64,000 nucleotides of DNA from the human T2T-CHM13v2.0 reference genome, Homo sapiens: assembly GCF_009914755.1 (NCBI RefSeq), contig NC_060947.1; one strand, given 5' to 3'. The translations under genes and the position numbers were made by a program. A model generated the notes under the pieces. That model was not told where the DNA came from. It was given only the letters and a program-made list of their open reading frames with translations, and searched no databases. Below, in pieces: positions 43,040 to 61,321 of this stretch. Numbering within the stretch: the stretch's first letter is position 1; each line of letters opens with the position of its first letter.

Positions 43040-43610
43040 TATCTGTTTATTCATTCAACAGATATTTAATGAGTACCTTTTTTTTTGGTCAGGTATGTTC
43101 TCTATGCTAGGGACATGGCAGTAAACAAAATAGACAAAAATTCCTGCCTTCGTGCAGCTTACATTGCAGTCAGGGGAGAAAAATAGTTTATTAGATGATG
43201 ATGCATGCTATAGAGATAAATTCAGCAGGGAAGAGAGTAGGAATTGTGTATGTGGGGCGGGGAGGGGAGCTTTAACTTTGATGAGTTGACCTCATTGAGG
43301 TGACATTTCAGCAAAAATTTGAAGAAGTGATCCATTTAGATATCTGGAAGAAGAGTGTTCTAGGCAGAGGGAACAGTTAGTGCAAAGGCCCTGAGGCAGG
43401 ATTATGCCTGGCAAGTTCAAGGAACAGCAGATTAGGCAATGTACCTAGTAATAGCAGAAGTAAGAGAGGGAGAGAGTTGAAGGGAAAGAGTTGTGTTGTG
43501 TGTGTGTGCGTGTGTGCAAACTTTGTTTTGGTGGAAAGGGGTAGAGATGGTATAAGGCCTTACATGCTTTTACTCTGAGTGAGATGGGAAGCCACGGTTC
43601 ATTTTGATTT
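43040..43610. mobile_element. L2 fragment
   Basis: TTCATTCAACA.ATATTTA.TGAG.ACC, CTAGGCAGAGGGAACAG...TGCAAAGGCCCTGAGGCAGG and TACTCTGAGTGAGATGGGAAGCC. Confidence 0.8.
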
Positions 43611-44236
43611 TGACATGGATCTGTTTGCTAATGCAACCCACAAAAAAGATTAACAGGCTGTAAATGCTAATAAGATAAACAGAAATATTAATACATCAGT
43701 GATGTGGGGGGAATATGAAGCTTTGATTTGAATTCAGTGCATTATATCTATTTGAAACCTGTAAAAATAAAAGGAAGGACCCTGATCTACTACTTTGTGA
43801 TAAATCTATCCATCTCTCAACTCTACCAAAGATAGAATGGTATCTGATGGATATTCATGACTGACTATCTATGACTCTTCTAAATGTAAAGGGATGTAGG
43901 AGGACACCACCAGCATGGTTCCTCCTCAAGAGTTTCCATAAATTTCTTCATCCCCCTTTACTCCCTGCTCCATTACTAGTCTGGTGATCTAAAAACTTTG
44001 CCTCTCCCCTATACAAGGCATGCAGACTCCACAAGAGAAGGGGCTTTGTCTATTCATGATACGCAAGGTATTTCAGAGGCACGAAGCATCCTTGACCAGA
44101 GGACTTTGTTGGGCGAATTTAGAAAATAAAAGGGTAACTTCTCAAATATAATAGTTGAGAATCCCTAATCCATGGGGAGTCATATTTTAATGTACCTTCA
44201 GGATGCCTTCTTTCATCAATAAATGACTACTGAACA

Positions 44237-44460
44237 GTAGTGGTGTACAGAGGGTTGGGTGGTGGAAAGCAATATGATCTGGATGCAAGCAGTAATGGAG
44301 TGTACTGTCTGTTGAGAATATAAAAATAATAAAATCAACTACAACAATCCTATTTTTATTATTGCCATGAGCCAGTAAGTCTAAACTATATCAGTAATAA
44401 TATAATCCTCCTGCCCAATATTTTAAGCCCTAAACAATAACTGAAATTACTGATGAGTTT
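44237..44460. mobile_element. MER97-like hAT-Tip100 fragment
   Basis: AGTGGTGTAC...TGTCTG.TGAGAAT.TAAAAA...TTTTTATTATT.CCATG...TCTAAAC resembles MER97. Confidence 0.6.
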
Positions 44461-44480
44461 TTTTATTGTGATAAAATATA

Positions 44481-48432
<3,952 letters not shown>

Positions 48433-49183
48433 TAATGTTTTTCAAAAATATCTATAAAACATGAAACTCACCATTTGCTTTCAGTTCTTTTGGATGTATA
48501 TCCAGGAGATGAATTGCTGGATCATATGGTAATTCTATTTTTTAATTTCTTAAGGAACCACCATACTGTTTTCTCTAGTGGCTGCACCATTTTACATTCC
48601 CACCAATAATGGACAAGAGTTCCAATTTCTCTACATCCTCAGCAACACTTGTTATTTGATTTTTTAATAGTAGCCTTTCTAATGGGTGTGAGGTGGTATT
48701 TTGTTATGGTTTTGATTTGCATTTCTCTTATAATTAGTGATGTTGGGAATATCTTCAAGTGCTTTTTGTATTCCTATGTCTTCTTTGGAGAAATATCTAT
48801 TCAATTCATTTCCCTAGTTTTAAATTGGGTTTGATTTTTTTGTTCTTTAGATGTAGGAGTTTTTTAGTATCTTCTGGACATTAACATTTTATCATATATA
48901 TTATTTGCAAATATTCTCTCATTTCATGGGTTGCCTTTTCATTCTGTTGATAGTGCCCTTTAGTGCACAGTTTTTAATCTTAATGTAATTCAATTTAATT
49001 TTTTTGTTGTTGCCTCTGCTTTTGGTGTCATATTCAAGAAATCATTGCCAAATCTAATGTCATTGAAGGTATTCCCCTACATTTTATTTTAAGACTTTAG
49101 AAGACTTCAGTTTTAGCTCTAATGTTTGGGTCTTTGATACATTTTGAGTTAATTTTTGTGACTGGTATAAGGCAAAATTCTAA

Positions 49184-49276
49184 CTTCATTCTTTTCCATA
49201 TGCATACACAGTTTTCCCAACTGTCTTTTCAACAAACTGTTGGGAAAACTGTATATGCATATGGAAAAGAATGAAG
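49184..49276. repeat. Near-perfect inverted repeat: 38-bp arms, 17-bp spacer
   Basis: 49184-49221 is the reverse complement of 49239-49276 with one mismatch. Confidence 0.92.
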
Positions 49277-49910
49277 ACTATTCTTTCCCCCTTCAAATGG
49301 TCGTTGCGGCATTGGCAAAAAGCATTTGATTATATATAAGCTTATTTGGGGGCTCTCTATTCTATTTTATTGATCTATATGTCTGTCTTTATGGCAATAC
49401 TCCACCGTTTTGATTTCTGTAATTTTGCTGTAAGTTTTGAAATCAAGAAGTGTGAGGCCTTAAACTTCGTTGTTCTTTTCCAAGATTATTTTGACTGTTC
49501 AGGGTTCCTTGAGATTTTATATGAATTATAGAATAGATATTTCTATTTCTGTAAAAAAAATCATTGGTATTTTGATAAGGATTATACTGAATCTGTAGAT
49601 CACTTTGAGTAGTATTGACATCTTAACATTATTAAGTCTTCCAATCCATGAACAGGGGATATCTTTTCATTACATGTGTCTTTACTTTCTTTCAGCAATA
49701 TTTTGCAGTTTTTTGGTGTAGAAGTCTCTTGCCTTTTTTGTTACATTTATTCCTAAGTATTTTACTCTTCTTGATTCTATCGTAGATGGAATTGTTTTCT
49801 TAATTTTCTTTCTTTTCAGATTTTTCATTGTTTATGTGAAGAAATACAACTGATTTTTGTGTGTTAGTTTTGTATCCTGCAACTGTGCTGAATTATTTTA
49901 TATTAGTTCC

Positions 49911-50487
49911 TTTTTTTTTTTTTTTTTTTGAGATGGAGTCTCACTCTGTCACCCAGGCTGGAATGCAGTGGCATGATCTCGGCTCACTGCAACCTCCGCC
50001 TCCCAGGTTCACACCATTCTCCTGTCTCAGCCTGTCTGAGTAGCTGGGACTACAGGTGCCCCACTACTCCAGCTAATTTTTGTTGTATTTTTAGTAGAGA
50101 CGGGGTTTCACTGTGGTCTCAATCTCCTGACCTCATGATCCTCCTGCCTCAGCCTCCCAAAGTGCTGGGATTACAAGTGTGAGCCACCACGCCTGGTCTG
50201 TTCCTTTTTTTTCTAAGACAGGCTCTAGCTCTGTCACCCAGGCTGGAGGGCAGTGGCATGATCACAGCTCACTGCAGCTTCGACCTCCAGGCTCAGGTGA
50301 TCCTCCTGCCTCAGCCTCCCAAGCAGCTGGGAATACAGGAACATGTCACCATGCCCAGCTAATTTTTTATATTTTTGTGGAGATGGGATATTGCCATGTT
50401 GCCCAGGCTGGTTTCAAACTCCTGGGCTCAAGCAATTTACCCACCTTGACCTTCCAAAGTGCTGGGATTACAAGTGTGAACCACCTC
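49911..50487 (-). mobile_element. AluY/Sc-like (49911-50197) inserted at the tail of an AluJ (50205-50487)
   Basis: Two tandem antisense dimers; GTTCCTTTTT duplicated around the younger one. Confidence 0.9.
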
Positions 50488-52364
50488 CTATAATAGTTCT
50501 AACAGAGTTTCGTGTGTGCATGTGAAATCTTTAGGGTTTTCTACATATGAGATTATATTGTCTACAAACAGATAATTTTACTTCCTCTAAAATTTGAATG
50601 CTTTTTTCTTTTTGGTTTTCTTGTTAAATTTCTCTGGCTAAAACTTCCAGTACTATGTTGAATAGAATTGATGAAAGTGGGTATCTTTGTGTCACTTCTA
50701 TTCTTGGGAGAAAAAGCTTTCAGTGTTTCACTACTGAGTATGTTGTCAAATGTGGGCTTTTTATAAATGTTCTTTATTATGTTGAAGTAGTTTCTCATAT
50801 TACCAGTTTGTTGAGTATTTTTATTATTAAATGATGTTGAGTTTTGTCAACTGCTTTTTCTACATCAATTCAGATGATCATGAGGTTTTTGTTCTTCATT
50901 CTGTTAACGTGGTGCATTACATTGATTTTCAACTGGGAAACCATCCTTGCATTCCAGGAATGACTCACTCATGGTATATAATTCCTTTACAGTTGAATTT
51001 GGTTTGCTCATATTTTGTTGAGGATTTTGCATCAGTATTAATCAGGGATATTGTATATAATTTTCCTGTAGAGTCTTTGTCTAGCTTTGGTATCAGGGTA
51101 ATGCTGGCCTCATAGAAGAAGTTTGATAGTGTTACTTCCTTTTCAATCTTTTTGGAAGAGTTAGAGGAAGATTGGTGTTAATTATCCTTTAAATGTTTGG
51201 TAGAATTCATCAGTGAAGCCAGCTGTTCCTGAGCTTTTCTTTGTTGGGAGGACTTTGATTAATGATTTAATTTCCTTACTAGTCATAGATCTGTTCAAAA
51301 TTTCCATTTCTTCATGATTCAGTCTTGGTAGCTTGCATGTTTCTAGAAATTTGTCCATTTCATCTAGTTTGCCAAGTTATTGGTATATAAATGTTTATAT
51401 ACATGTACTCCCTTATGATAATTTTTATTTCTTTAAAATGAATAGTAATATCCCCTCTTTCACTTATAATTTTAGTTATTTGAGTCCACTCTCATTTTTC
51501 TTAGTCAATCTAACTGAAAATTTGTCAATGTTGATATTTTTGAAGAACCAACTCTTAATTTTGTTAATTTCTCTGTTGTTTTACTATTCTTTATTTTATT
51601 TATCTCTGCTCTTATGTTTATTATTTCCTTCTTTCTGCTATGTTTGGGTTTAATGTGTTCTTCTTTTCTAGTTCTTTAACATTTAAAGTTAGGCTGTCGA
51701 TTTAAGATTTTTCTTCTTTTTTAATGTCCTTATAGCTATAAATTTCCCTTTTAGTGCTGCTTTCACTGTATTTCATTTTTTAAATGTTGACCTTTCACTT
51801 TCATTTGTCTTAAGATATTTTAAAATTTCTCTTGTCATTTCGTCCTTGACCCATTGGTTATTTAAGAATATCTTGTTTAATTTCCACATATTTGTGAATT
51901 TTCCAGTTTTCCTTTTGCTATTGATTTTTTTATTTTCATTCTATTGTGATTGTAAAAGCTACTTTGTATGACTTCTGTCTTTTTAAATGCATTAAGACTC
52001 TTTTGTGGCCTCACATGTAGTCTGTCCTGGAGAATGTTCCATGTGAACTTTACAAAAAAAAAAAGTGTATTCTGCTATTATTGGGTGGAGTGTCCTGTAT
52101 GTCTTTTAGATTCAATTGTTCTATGGTGTTGTTCAAGTTCCCTATTTCCTTACTGATTTTTTCAGCTGGTTGCTCTCTCCATTGTTGAAAGTGGGGCTAT
52201 TGGAGTATTGAAGTTTCCTCCTATTATTATACAGATGCCTGCTTCTCTTTTCAATTCTGCAATATTTGAAGTTTGATGCATATATATTTATAATTATTGT
52301 ATATTTTTGGTTAATTAACCCTTTTTCATTATATAATATTCTACATCTTTTTTATGTTTTTTAC

Positions 52365-52672
<308 letters not shown>

Positions 52673-54241
52673 TAAAGTCTATTTTGTCTAGTATTAGTTT
52701 AGTCACCCCTGCTCTCTTCTGGTTAGTATTTGCATGGAATATTATTTTTCATCTTTTCATTTTCAATCTATGCATGTTTTTAAGTTTAATGAAAGTTTCA
52801 TGTAGATAACATATTGTTGGATGTTGTTTTTCTATCCATTCAGCCAATCTATATCTTTCGATTTGGGAGTTTAATCCATTTACATTTAAAGCAATTACTG
52901 ATAGGAAAGAGCTTACTATTGCTACTTAATTATTTGTTTTCTCCATGTCCTACAGCTTTTTTTTTTGTTCCTCATTTCCTCCCTTACTGCCCTCCTTTGT
53001 GTGTAGTTGATGTTTTGTAGTAATACACTTTGATTCCATTTTCATTTACTTATGTATATTTTATAGATACTTTCTTTATGGCTACCTTGGAGACTACATG
53101 TAACATACTAACATTATAACAATTTAAGCTGATAATTTAACATCAATTGCATACAAAAACTGTACTCATTTACATCTCTTTCTTGTCCACTTTATGTTAT
53201 TGATGTCACAAATTACATCTTTATATATTGTTTACCCATTAATGTAGATTTGTAATTATTTTTTATTCTTTTACCTCTAAAATCTTGTAGAAGAATAAAA
53301 AGCAGAATTAGGTACTAAAATGACAATAATACTGGTTTTTATATTTGTCCATGTATTTACCTGTACTTTATATTTTCATATGGCTTTCAGTTACTGTCTA
53401 CCATCCTTTCATTTCGACTTAAAAGATTTCCTTTAGCATGTCATGTAATGGTAATAAATGCCTTCAGCTTTTGTTTATCTGAGAATTTCTTAATTTTTCT
53501 GTAATTTTTGAATGACAGTTTTACCATATGTAGAATTCTTGGTTGACAGGCTTTTTTTTTTTCCACTTCATCCCCTTAAATGTATCATTCTACTGCTTTC
53601 TGTCCTACATGGTTTCTTCTGAGAAATTATTTTATTAAGGATTCCTTGTACATCATGAGTTACTTTTCTCACTGCTTTCAGGGTTCTCTCTTTGTCTTTT
53701 GACAGTTTGATTATAATGTGCCTTGCTGTGGATCTCTGAGTTCACGGAGCTTCTTATATTTGTATATTTATGCATTGCCTCAAATTTGGAAATTATGCTA
53801 GGGGCAGGTGGGGCAAGGACAAGTAAAAATGTTATGAAATTTTCTACCATTTGTAATTTCGGTTTTTAAAAAATTGGGTATTTGCTTGGTTGCTGTAGAT
53901 CTTTGAGTGATTTCCAGAGCTCCTATAAAGTCATTTTAGTCAGTTCCTAGTTGTTTATTTAATGATTCCATAGGAGGACAAGGGCTTAGAGCTTCCTACT
54001 GTGCCATGTTGCTGATGTCACTCCCATGATGAGATTTAATAATATACATGTAAGAATCAAGTTAGCATATTATTAACTTTTTAATTTAAAATTATTATAG
54101 ATTCACAAGAATTTTTTTAAAAAGTACAGAGAGTTCTGTATTCCTTTCATCCAGCTTCCCTCAGTAGTAACATCTTACATAATCATATTGCAATATCAAC
54201 ACCAGAAAGTTGACATTTGGCAGTTAAAAAATGACGTTTAT

Positions 54242-54583
<342 letters not shown>

Positions 54584-55059
54584 TCAAATTTTAAAACGGT
54601 GTCCATCTTGCCTCAAGGTTGTAACAGAGGCCCTGACTGTGTTAAATTCTAAAATAAGGTGCCAGAAAATTTATGGAAGACTTGCGCACAAGGTGACAAA
54701 AGTTGATTTGCTCCCCTCAGATCATTATATGCACAGGACATACAAGATTAACAAAGAGAAATTGTTGAGTTGATGAGGACTATTTCCTTAGAGAACAAGT
54801 TGTTGCAATACCGTGATGTTTCCCATCTTGTTCCTTTTCCTTTAAGTCAAGTTAGAGCAATTTAAGAAAACCACCTGGATAGCTGTACCCTCTGGAATTT
54901 GGGGGCTTCAGGGATTCAACTGGAATTGGATTTATAAGACTTCCTCGAGGGCAAAGTGAGAAAAGATGCTACTGCAGAAGTGAACTGCATTCTCATCGAG
55001 TTGATGGGATGCACCAGAGTAAGATTTCTTGAGAATCTGGTCCTTAATCCTGTCAGACT

Positions 55060-55865
55060 CAATGCCCTCTTTTTATAATAAATATTTTAACATTTCTCTT
55101 TAATATCCTGAAATGAAATATATAAATAATACCTACACACAAAATTTCAAAAACAAATAAAGATGTAAACAAATAGAACAGTAATATGAAGGTGAAATGA
55201 ATAAAAGCAATTTATAATAAAATAATAAACATTTCAATATACAAATTCCTTGGCATGACTATACTAGATCACATAATGAATGAAATGCTTGAAACTACTT
55301 ATAGTGAACAAGTCTGGATTGAAGTGAGTAACAATATTTAATTGAATATAATCAGTATCTTTTCTTTATGTTTAACCATTTGAAATAAGGATTAAGTGTA
55401 TTCCTATACATACATACAGAACCACCATAATTATAGCAGCTACTGATGACGTCTTACACAAGTGTGCCGTATTGGTTATTTATATACCACACATGGTGTG
55501 TCTGTTAGTGAAATGATTTTTTTGAAATGACGAACAACTCTTGGGAAAGTTCTGAACAAAACAATGTATAATCGTCCTTTGATTTATCCAGTGTTTTCAA
55601 TTTTGGAAAATTTAGTGTATAGTAAATCAAGGCAAAAATATTTTATATTTATGTTTTTCTTTCATGTATACATGAATGTCCAGCGGGTCATTTGAAAGCC
55701 ATGCAATATCTGCAACAAGTGTTCATTTGCTGGCAGAAGCCTTGTTTCTCTGGCCTGTATATAGCCAATACCATTGAATCTCATCCCCCACCATTGCAAC
55801 AGCCAAATGTGTCCCATGAATTTCCAAATGCCCCCAGTGAGTGGGCCTCTTCTGTTGAAAACCAC
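55060..55865. mobile_element. hAT-Charlie / MER20-like DNA transposon remnant
   Basis: Ends ...CCAAATGCCCCC...GTTGAAAACCAC, MER20-like; AT-rich interior. Confidence 0.45.
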
Positions 55866-56099
55866 AATTTTAGATTTTAGTGGACCTTTTCATAACTGAA
55901 AACCATCAAACAAGTTATGAGATCTGTCCAGGATTTCATCAGGGCTGAGGAAGAAATTGTTTGACAGAGGAGTAGTAGTAAGAAAGAATAAAATTGTTTC
56001 CTGCTTGCACTCTATAGAGTTTAGTAGGTTTTAACAAACGATTAACAACGTATTAACAATGATGCTAGCAACACTAGAACAATGGTCAGTAAACAGCAA

Positions 56100-56600
56100 G
56101 TAAAAGGACTTTCAGGTAGAAATAAACTCAGTATGTTTAAGGAATAGTAAGATGGCTGGAATGACTGGAGTGTAATGCCAGTATAGAAAGTAAGAGAAAG
56201 AGTGAAAAGATGTGAGGTCAAAGAGCAACTAGATTATGTAAGGCCTTGGACAAGAGTTTAAATTTTCTTTTAAATACAATGGGAGACAGAGCTACGACAT
56301 GAACTGATTTGTGTTTATAAAAAAGCATAAAAGTTACACTGATCTGAAGATTATGGATTGTAAGGAAATAAGAATGGCTGCAGGGGAATATTTAAAAGGC
56401 TATTTCAATCTTCTAGGCAAGAGCTGGGGCTAGGGTGGTAGCAATCAAAAACTAAAACACATCTAGGAAGTCAGGGTGATTGTACTTCCTGATGAACGGG
56501 TGTGGATGGGAAAAGGAGGGAAGCCATAATGGCTTTGACTGACTAAAAGAATGACGAAGCCCTTGACTGGGGTAGGGAAACACTTGAGAATATAATTTGA
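56100..56600. mobile_element. L2 fragment
   Basis: GTATGTTTAAGGAATAG.AAG..GGCTGGA and AGATTATGTAAGGCCTTG motifs. Confidence 0.6.
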
Positions 56601-56673
56601 TAAACCATTAAAAAGACAACTGTTTTCCCCTTTTATTAAAACATGTCTTATTAGGAGGAAGACAAACGTGTCA

Positions 56674-57114
<441 letters not shown>

Positions 57115-59029
57115 TCAAATCTAAATTTTGCCTCTCCCTTGTTCTTAAACCAGGATTTCGACATAATTTCTTCATCTGTAAAACTTTCTTAAGAATAACT
57201 AATTTCACAAGATAGTATGAGAATTAATTATTGAATGGTTACGTAAGTCTCAGCAAATATTAAAACTGATATTTCAAGGGCTGCTATTAAAATGGAAAAG
57301 TGCTTTTTTGCTATCTCTGGATTCAGCAGGAGAAAAATTAACAATCATATGCTCATTCTCATTAAATCTGGGGAACAATTATGGAACTCTATGTGCCAGA
57401 CACAGGTGTTGGGGGGAATTGTGCGTGGGTGGGCATAACGATGAGCCAGATGGGCATGGCTGCTCTCCCAAATAAGCCCCCAAGTTGTTGTCCATACATG
57501 GAAACAAAAACTGAAAGCAACCTGAATTAGTACTGAATTTAGACGAATTGAGGTGAACAAAAGTGTCAAAGTATTATATCTGTCCAAATTGTTGCAGCTC
57601 CTTCAAGGCGCCATTTTATTTTCTGGCAGAGGCCAGATATCATTTTTCTTTTTAAAGTTTTAAAGTGTCCTGAGGCTCCCAGTTTCCAATGTGGATGTGC
57701 CCCTTTTGGGCACTGCTAGAATGAACACACACATTAGTTCAGGCTCTGTGGGACAAAGTTGAATAAGGGAAAGAAAGGCCCAAATCACAAGATAAGGTTA
57801 CATTTGGTCTGATGGCAAAGGAAGAGGCACAGCATGAGGGCAGTTGGGATTCAGTGTTGGGAAAGGAGGTAATGATGGGTGACAGAAGCAAGCAGATGAG
57901 GGTACCAGAAATCATTTAGTCTATTACACTATTTTTCCTAGGGCTGGCTGTTAGGGGAGCTGGCAGTGGAGTTAACTGCCACTTGGGAGAAACAGGATTT
58001 TATTGAGTCTCTCTAAGGTGCTACAGCAGTGAGGTTTTCTCCTCTATTCCTCTTTTCCATTGCTTTACTAGTCACCCTTTCTGCCCTTTGCCTACTTTTC
58101 TCAGTGGTGAAGCTGGAGGAATCAAACATAACCAAGAGAAAGCACCCACTGGTGGTACTCACTGATTAAAATCTTCCCTAGTGAGCCATTCGGCCTTCAC
58201 ACCTCACCTCCTCACACAGGGATTTGGAGCCTCAGGAAATCCTTTGATAAACAGACTTCTTTTTGTCTAAATGAAAGCAACAAGGGGACAAAAGCGAGAC
58301 CTTAGAGGGAGTTGCAATCTATTCTTAACCTCTTTTGCAAGACAGCTTGCTTGGGCTGAGAAGATAAGTAGCGTCTGTTCTGAGCTGTTACTCATAAGTA
58401 TTAGGTTGGGTTGAAGAAGCGACCATGTGGAAAGGGGGAGTAAATTAACTACACAAGTAAGTTTTCCCTTAATATTTCTGAATTATTTCTTCAATTCTAT
58501 GAAAAATTAACAGCCTGCTGGACCTGTGCAAATTGTTGGGGGTCATGGTATGGCTGACAGAGATTATTACAAATAAAGTGCTTGCCTCTGGCCAAAGTTC
58601 ACACCAGGCTTGTACATTCTTGCAGAATATTTGGCTATAGCAGGCCCCTTCAGTCTGAAGACCAAATGTATCTTTTGTACATCCATGGCAGCATGCATGA
58701 ATTTGCTTAATGAGGCCTAGGGCTGTCAGTGTTATCTAGGCATAGGGCTTAATCAGCTGCATACAATTAGACACAGAGCATGTGCCCAAGAAGTGTTGGG
58801 GTGGGGACTCCAGCATTATTTCTTTGCCTTATTCCACTGTCCCTATACTCCCCTGCCCACACACACATACACATTCCCTGATACATCTTCCCCGCTCCTC
58901 ATTCTTACAGCTGTTTATTGGCCCATGCCTGCACTCCCTCGGGCTCCCTTAGACTATCTCAGTACCATCCCAGTTGATCTTGCTGCCTCTGGTTTCTCCT
59001 CAGAAGAGCCCTCTCACTGCTCACTGGAT

Positions 59030-59240
59030 GCTCACTGTAAACCAGGCATTAGGCCAAGTACTTCACATGTATTATCTCATTAACTTCAAAACAACCCTGT
59101 GAAGATGCCCAATTTACAGATGTGAAAGCCAAGGCCCAGGGAGCTTACGCAAAATGCCCTAGGAAACAGAGATAGTTGAGGTGGAATCGGCATTGCACTC
59201 AAGACTGCCTGATCCCCAATCCTGAGATCATAACCATCAC
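59030..59240 (-). mobile_element. MIR
   Basis: ATTATCTCATT...ACAACCCTGTGAAG...TTTACAGATG.GAAA.C.AAGGCCCAG. Confidence 0.7.
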
Positions 59241-59799
59241 AAGTTCTCTAGTTCACCTTTCACACTGATCTTTGTAGTATGATCTTTGTAAAGCACACTT
59301 AGTACCATGTTATTCACCTCCTTAAAGCCTTCAATCATCCACCCCATTACCATGCCCTTAAATCAAATTAAACCATTTGCCTCAGATATTCAGAGTGTTT
59401 CCATGAAATTGTTGTAGTTTCCCAACTTTGCTTGGCTCTAGTTTCTTATTCCATTTCAGTTCTGCCTAGGTCCCAACCTGTGGGATGTTTCTCTTCTATT
59501 TTTTCTGTCTCCTGTCTGCTGGGATTTGACAATTAAGCTCAGCTTTTCCAGATTTGACTCTCATAGCCCTCTAAGTACTCATGTGTCTCCCTTTTCTGAT
59601 CTTGGTTTCTTTAAGCAAATGGCCCCTCATATGACTCCTTGGGCTTCTGGGATCTCATCCTGATATTTGTTCCATCAATGTTCCCAAATGTCCACATGCC
59701 AAAATTTAGCTCCATGGATTGATGGAGTCCTTGACACTCTGACTCCAAATGAGTTTTCCAGCCTCACTTTGTGCTTTTTCCTTAGGGTATATAAGCCTT

Positions 59800-60760
59800 T
59801 TAAAATGATTTTTTAAAAATAACGTTCAGAAAATTTTCGGCTATTATATGCTTAAATATTGTGTCTATACTGTTATTTCTCTTTTCTTCTTCTGAGACTT
59901 CAATTAAATGTAAACAAATCTTATTATGGAGTTCTCTATGTCATTTATTCTCTCTTCTGTGTTTTCTATCCTTTTTTTCTCTCCATGTTTCAATCTGGAT
60001 ATTTTCTGACCTACCTTCTAGTTCACTAAATCTCCCTTCATCTGGAATGCTTATACACTGCTGGTGAGAATGTAAATTAGTACAACCTCTATGGAAAATA
60101 GTTTGGAGATTTCTTACATAACTAAAAGTAGACCTACCATTTGATCCAGCAATCCTACTACTGGGTATCTACCCCCCAAAAAAGAAGTCACTATATCAAA
60201 AAAGACACCACAAAAAAGACATCACTGCATGTTTATTATAGCACAATTCACAATTGTGAACGTTGTATTTGCAAAACTGTTGTAAGAAGTAATTTGAGGT
60301 CTAAATTAATGTTATTGCCCTCCAGAGAGGATTTATGTTTGATTCCATCAAGTGCTTGTTGGCACTAGCAATAGGGAATCACTTCAATTCAAGTCCAGTG
60401 ATGGGGTGATGATTCAAAGCTGAGCTAGAGTCTGAAAAATGAATATCTTCTTTAAGTCCCCTTTAGGGACCCTAAAGGAGACTCCAATCCCTGTCTACCC
60501 AGCCCTTCGAAGCTTGTAATAATGTTACTCAATGTCTCAAGTACTTAATCTCCTCCTGAAATGAGAAAACACCCCAAGAGAAAACAAGGTCCCAGTGATG
60601 GTCTTACTTTCTGGAACCTCTGTTTTCACCCCATCTTGGCACTATAATTTTTCACTCTTTTTTTTTTTTTAGTTTTCTGATGCCTTTATGAAGATGGTTT
60701 TTATATTTTGTCCAGCTTTGTTAATTGTCACGAATGAGAGGGTTGGTTTGACTTTTCTAG
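59800..60760. mobile_element. Old L1 fragments, including a sense L1 ORF2 3' piece at 60045-60255
   Basis: GGAATGCTTATACACTGCTGGTG.GAATGTAAATTAGTACAACC...GATCCAGCAATCC. Confidence 0.6.
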
Positions 60761-61321
60761 TCCCTGATTATCTGAACTGCAGTGAAATCATATCATTTTA
60801 TAAGCTCCTGGCTTTCATTATAGAGAATTTCACAGAGGTCTCACCCTCCAAAAATCTACAGTGCAAACTGGAAATTGCTGACAACTCTGTCATTTAAAGG
60901 ATACAATTAAGCCCATATTGAAACAATATAAACAAATACATTTACATATAAGCAAACTAGTTACAGTGCACCAAGATTTCCACTAACCCTCATTTTGCTC
61001 ATAGCACAGGCTTCCTTATTCTCTAGTTATATTAACCTTATCTTACAGCTTTGTTTAATGAAGCATTATAGTATTTTGCCATGTTGGTTACTAGTAATCC
61101 ACTACCCACAATATTTAAACCTCAGGATCCAGTTTACAAAATATAAACACATGGAGGGGGGGTGGATATACAGCAAATTGAGATTTTTCAGCAGTCACTG
61201 GTCCCAAATAGAGTGTAGGTCATTCTGCTTCAAGGGATTCTTAGGCTATGAAGATACTGGTAGAATGTGGAAGACATACAACAATTAATCTTCTTTGAAA
61301 GTACATTTAAATCTGAGTTAG

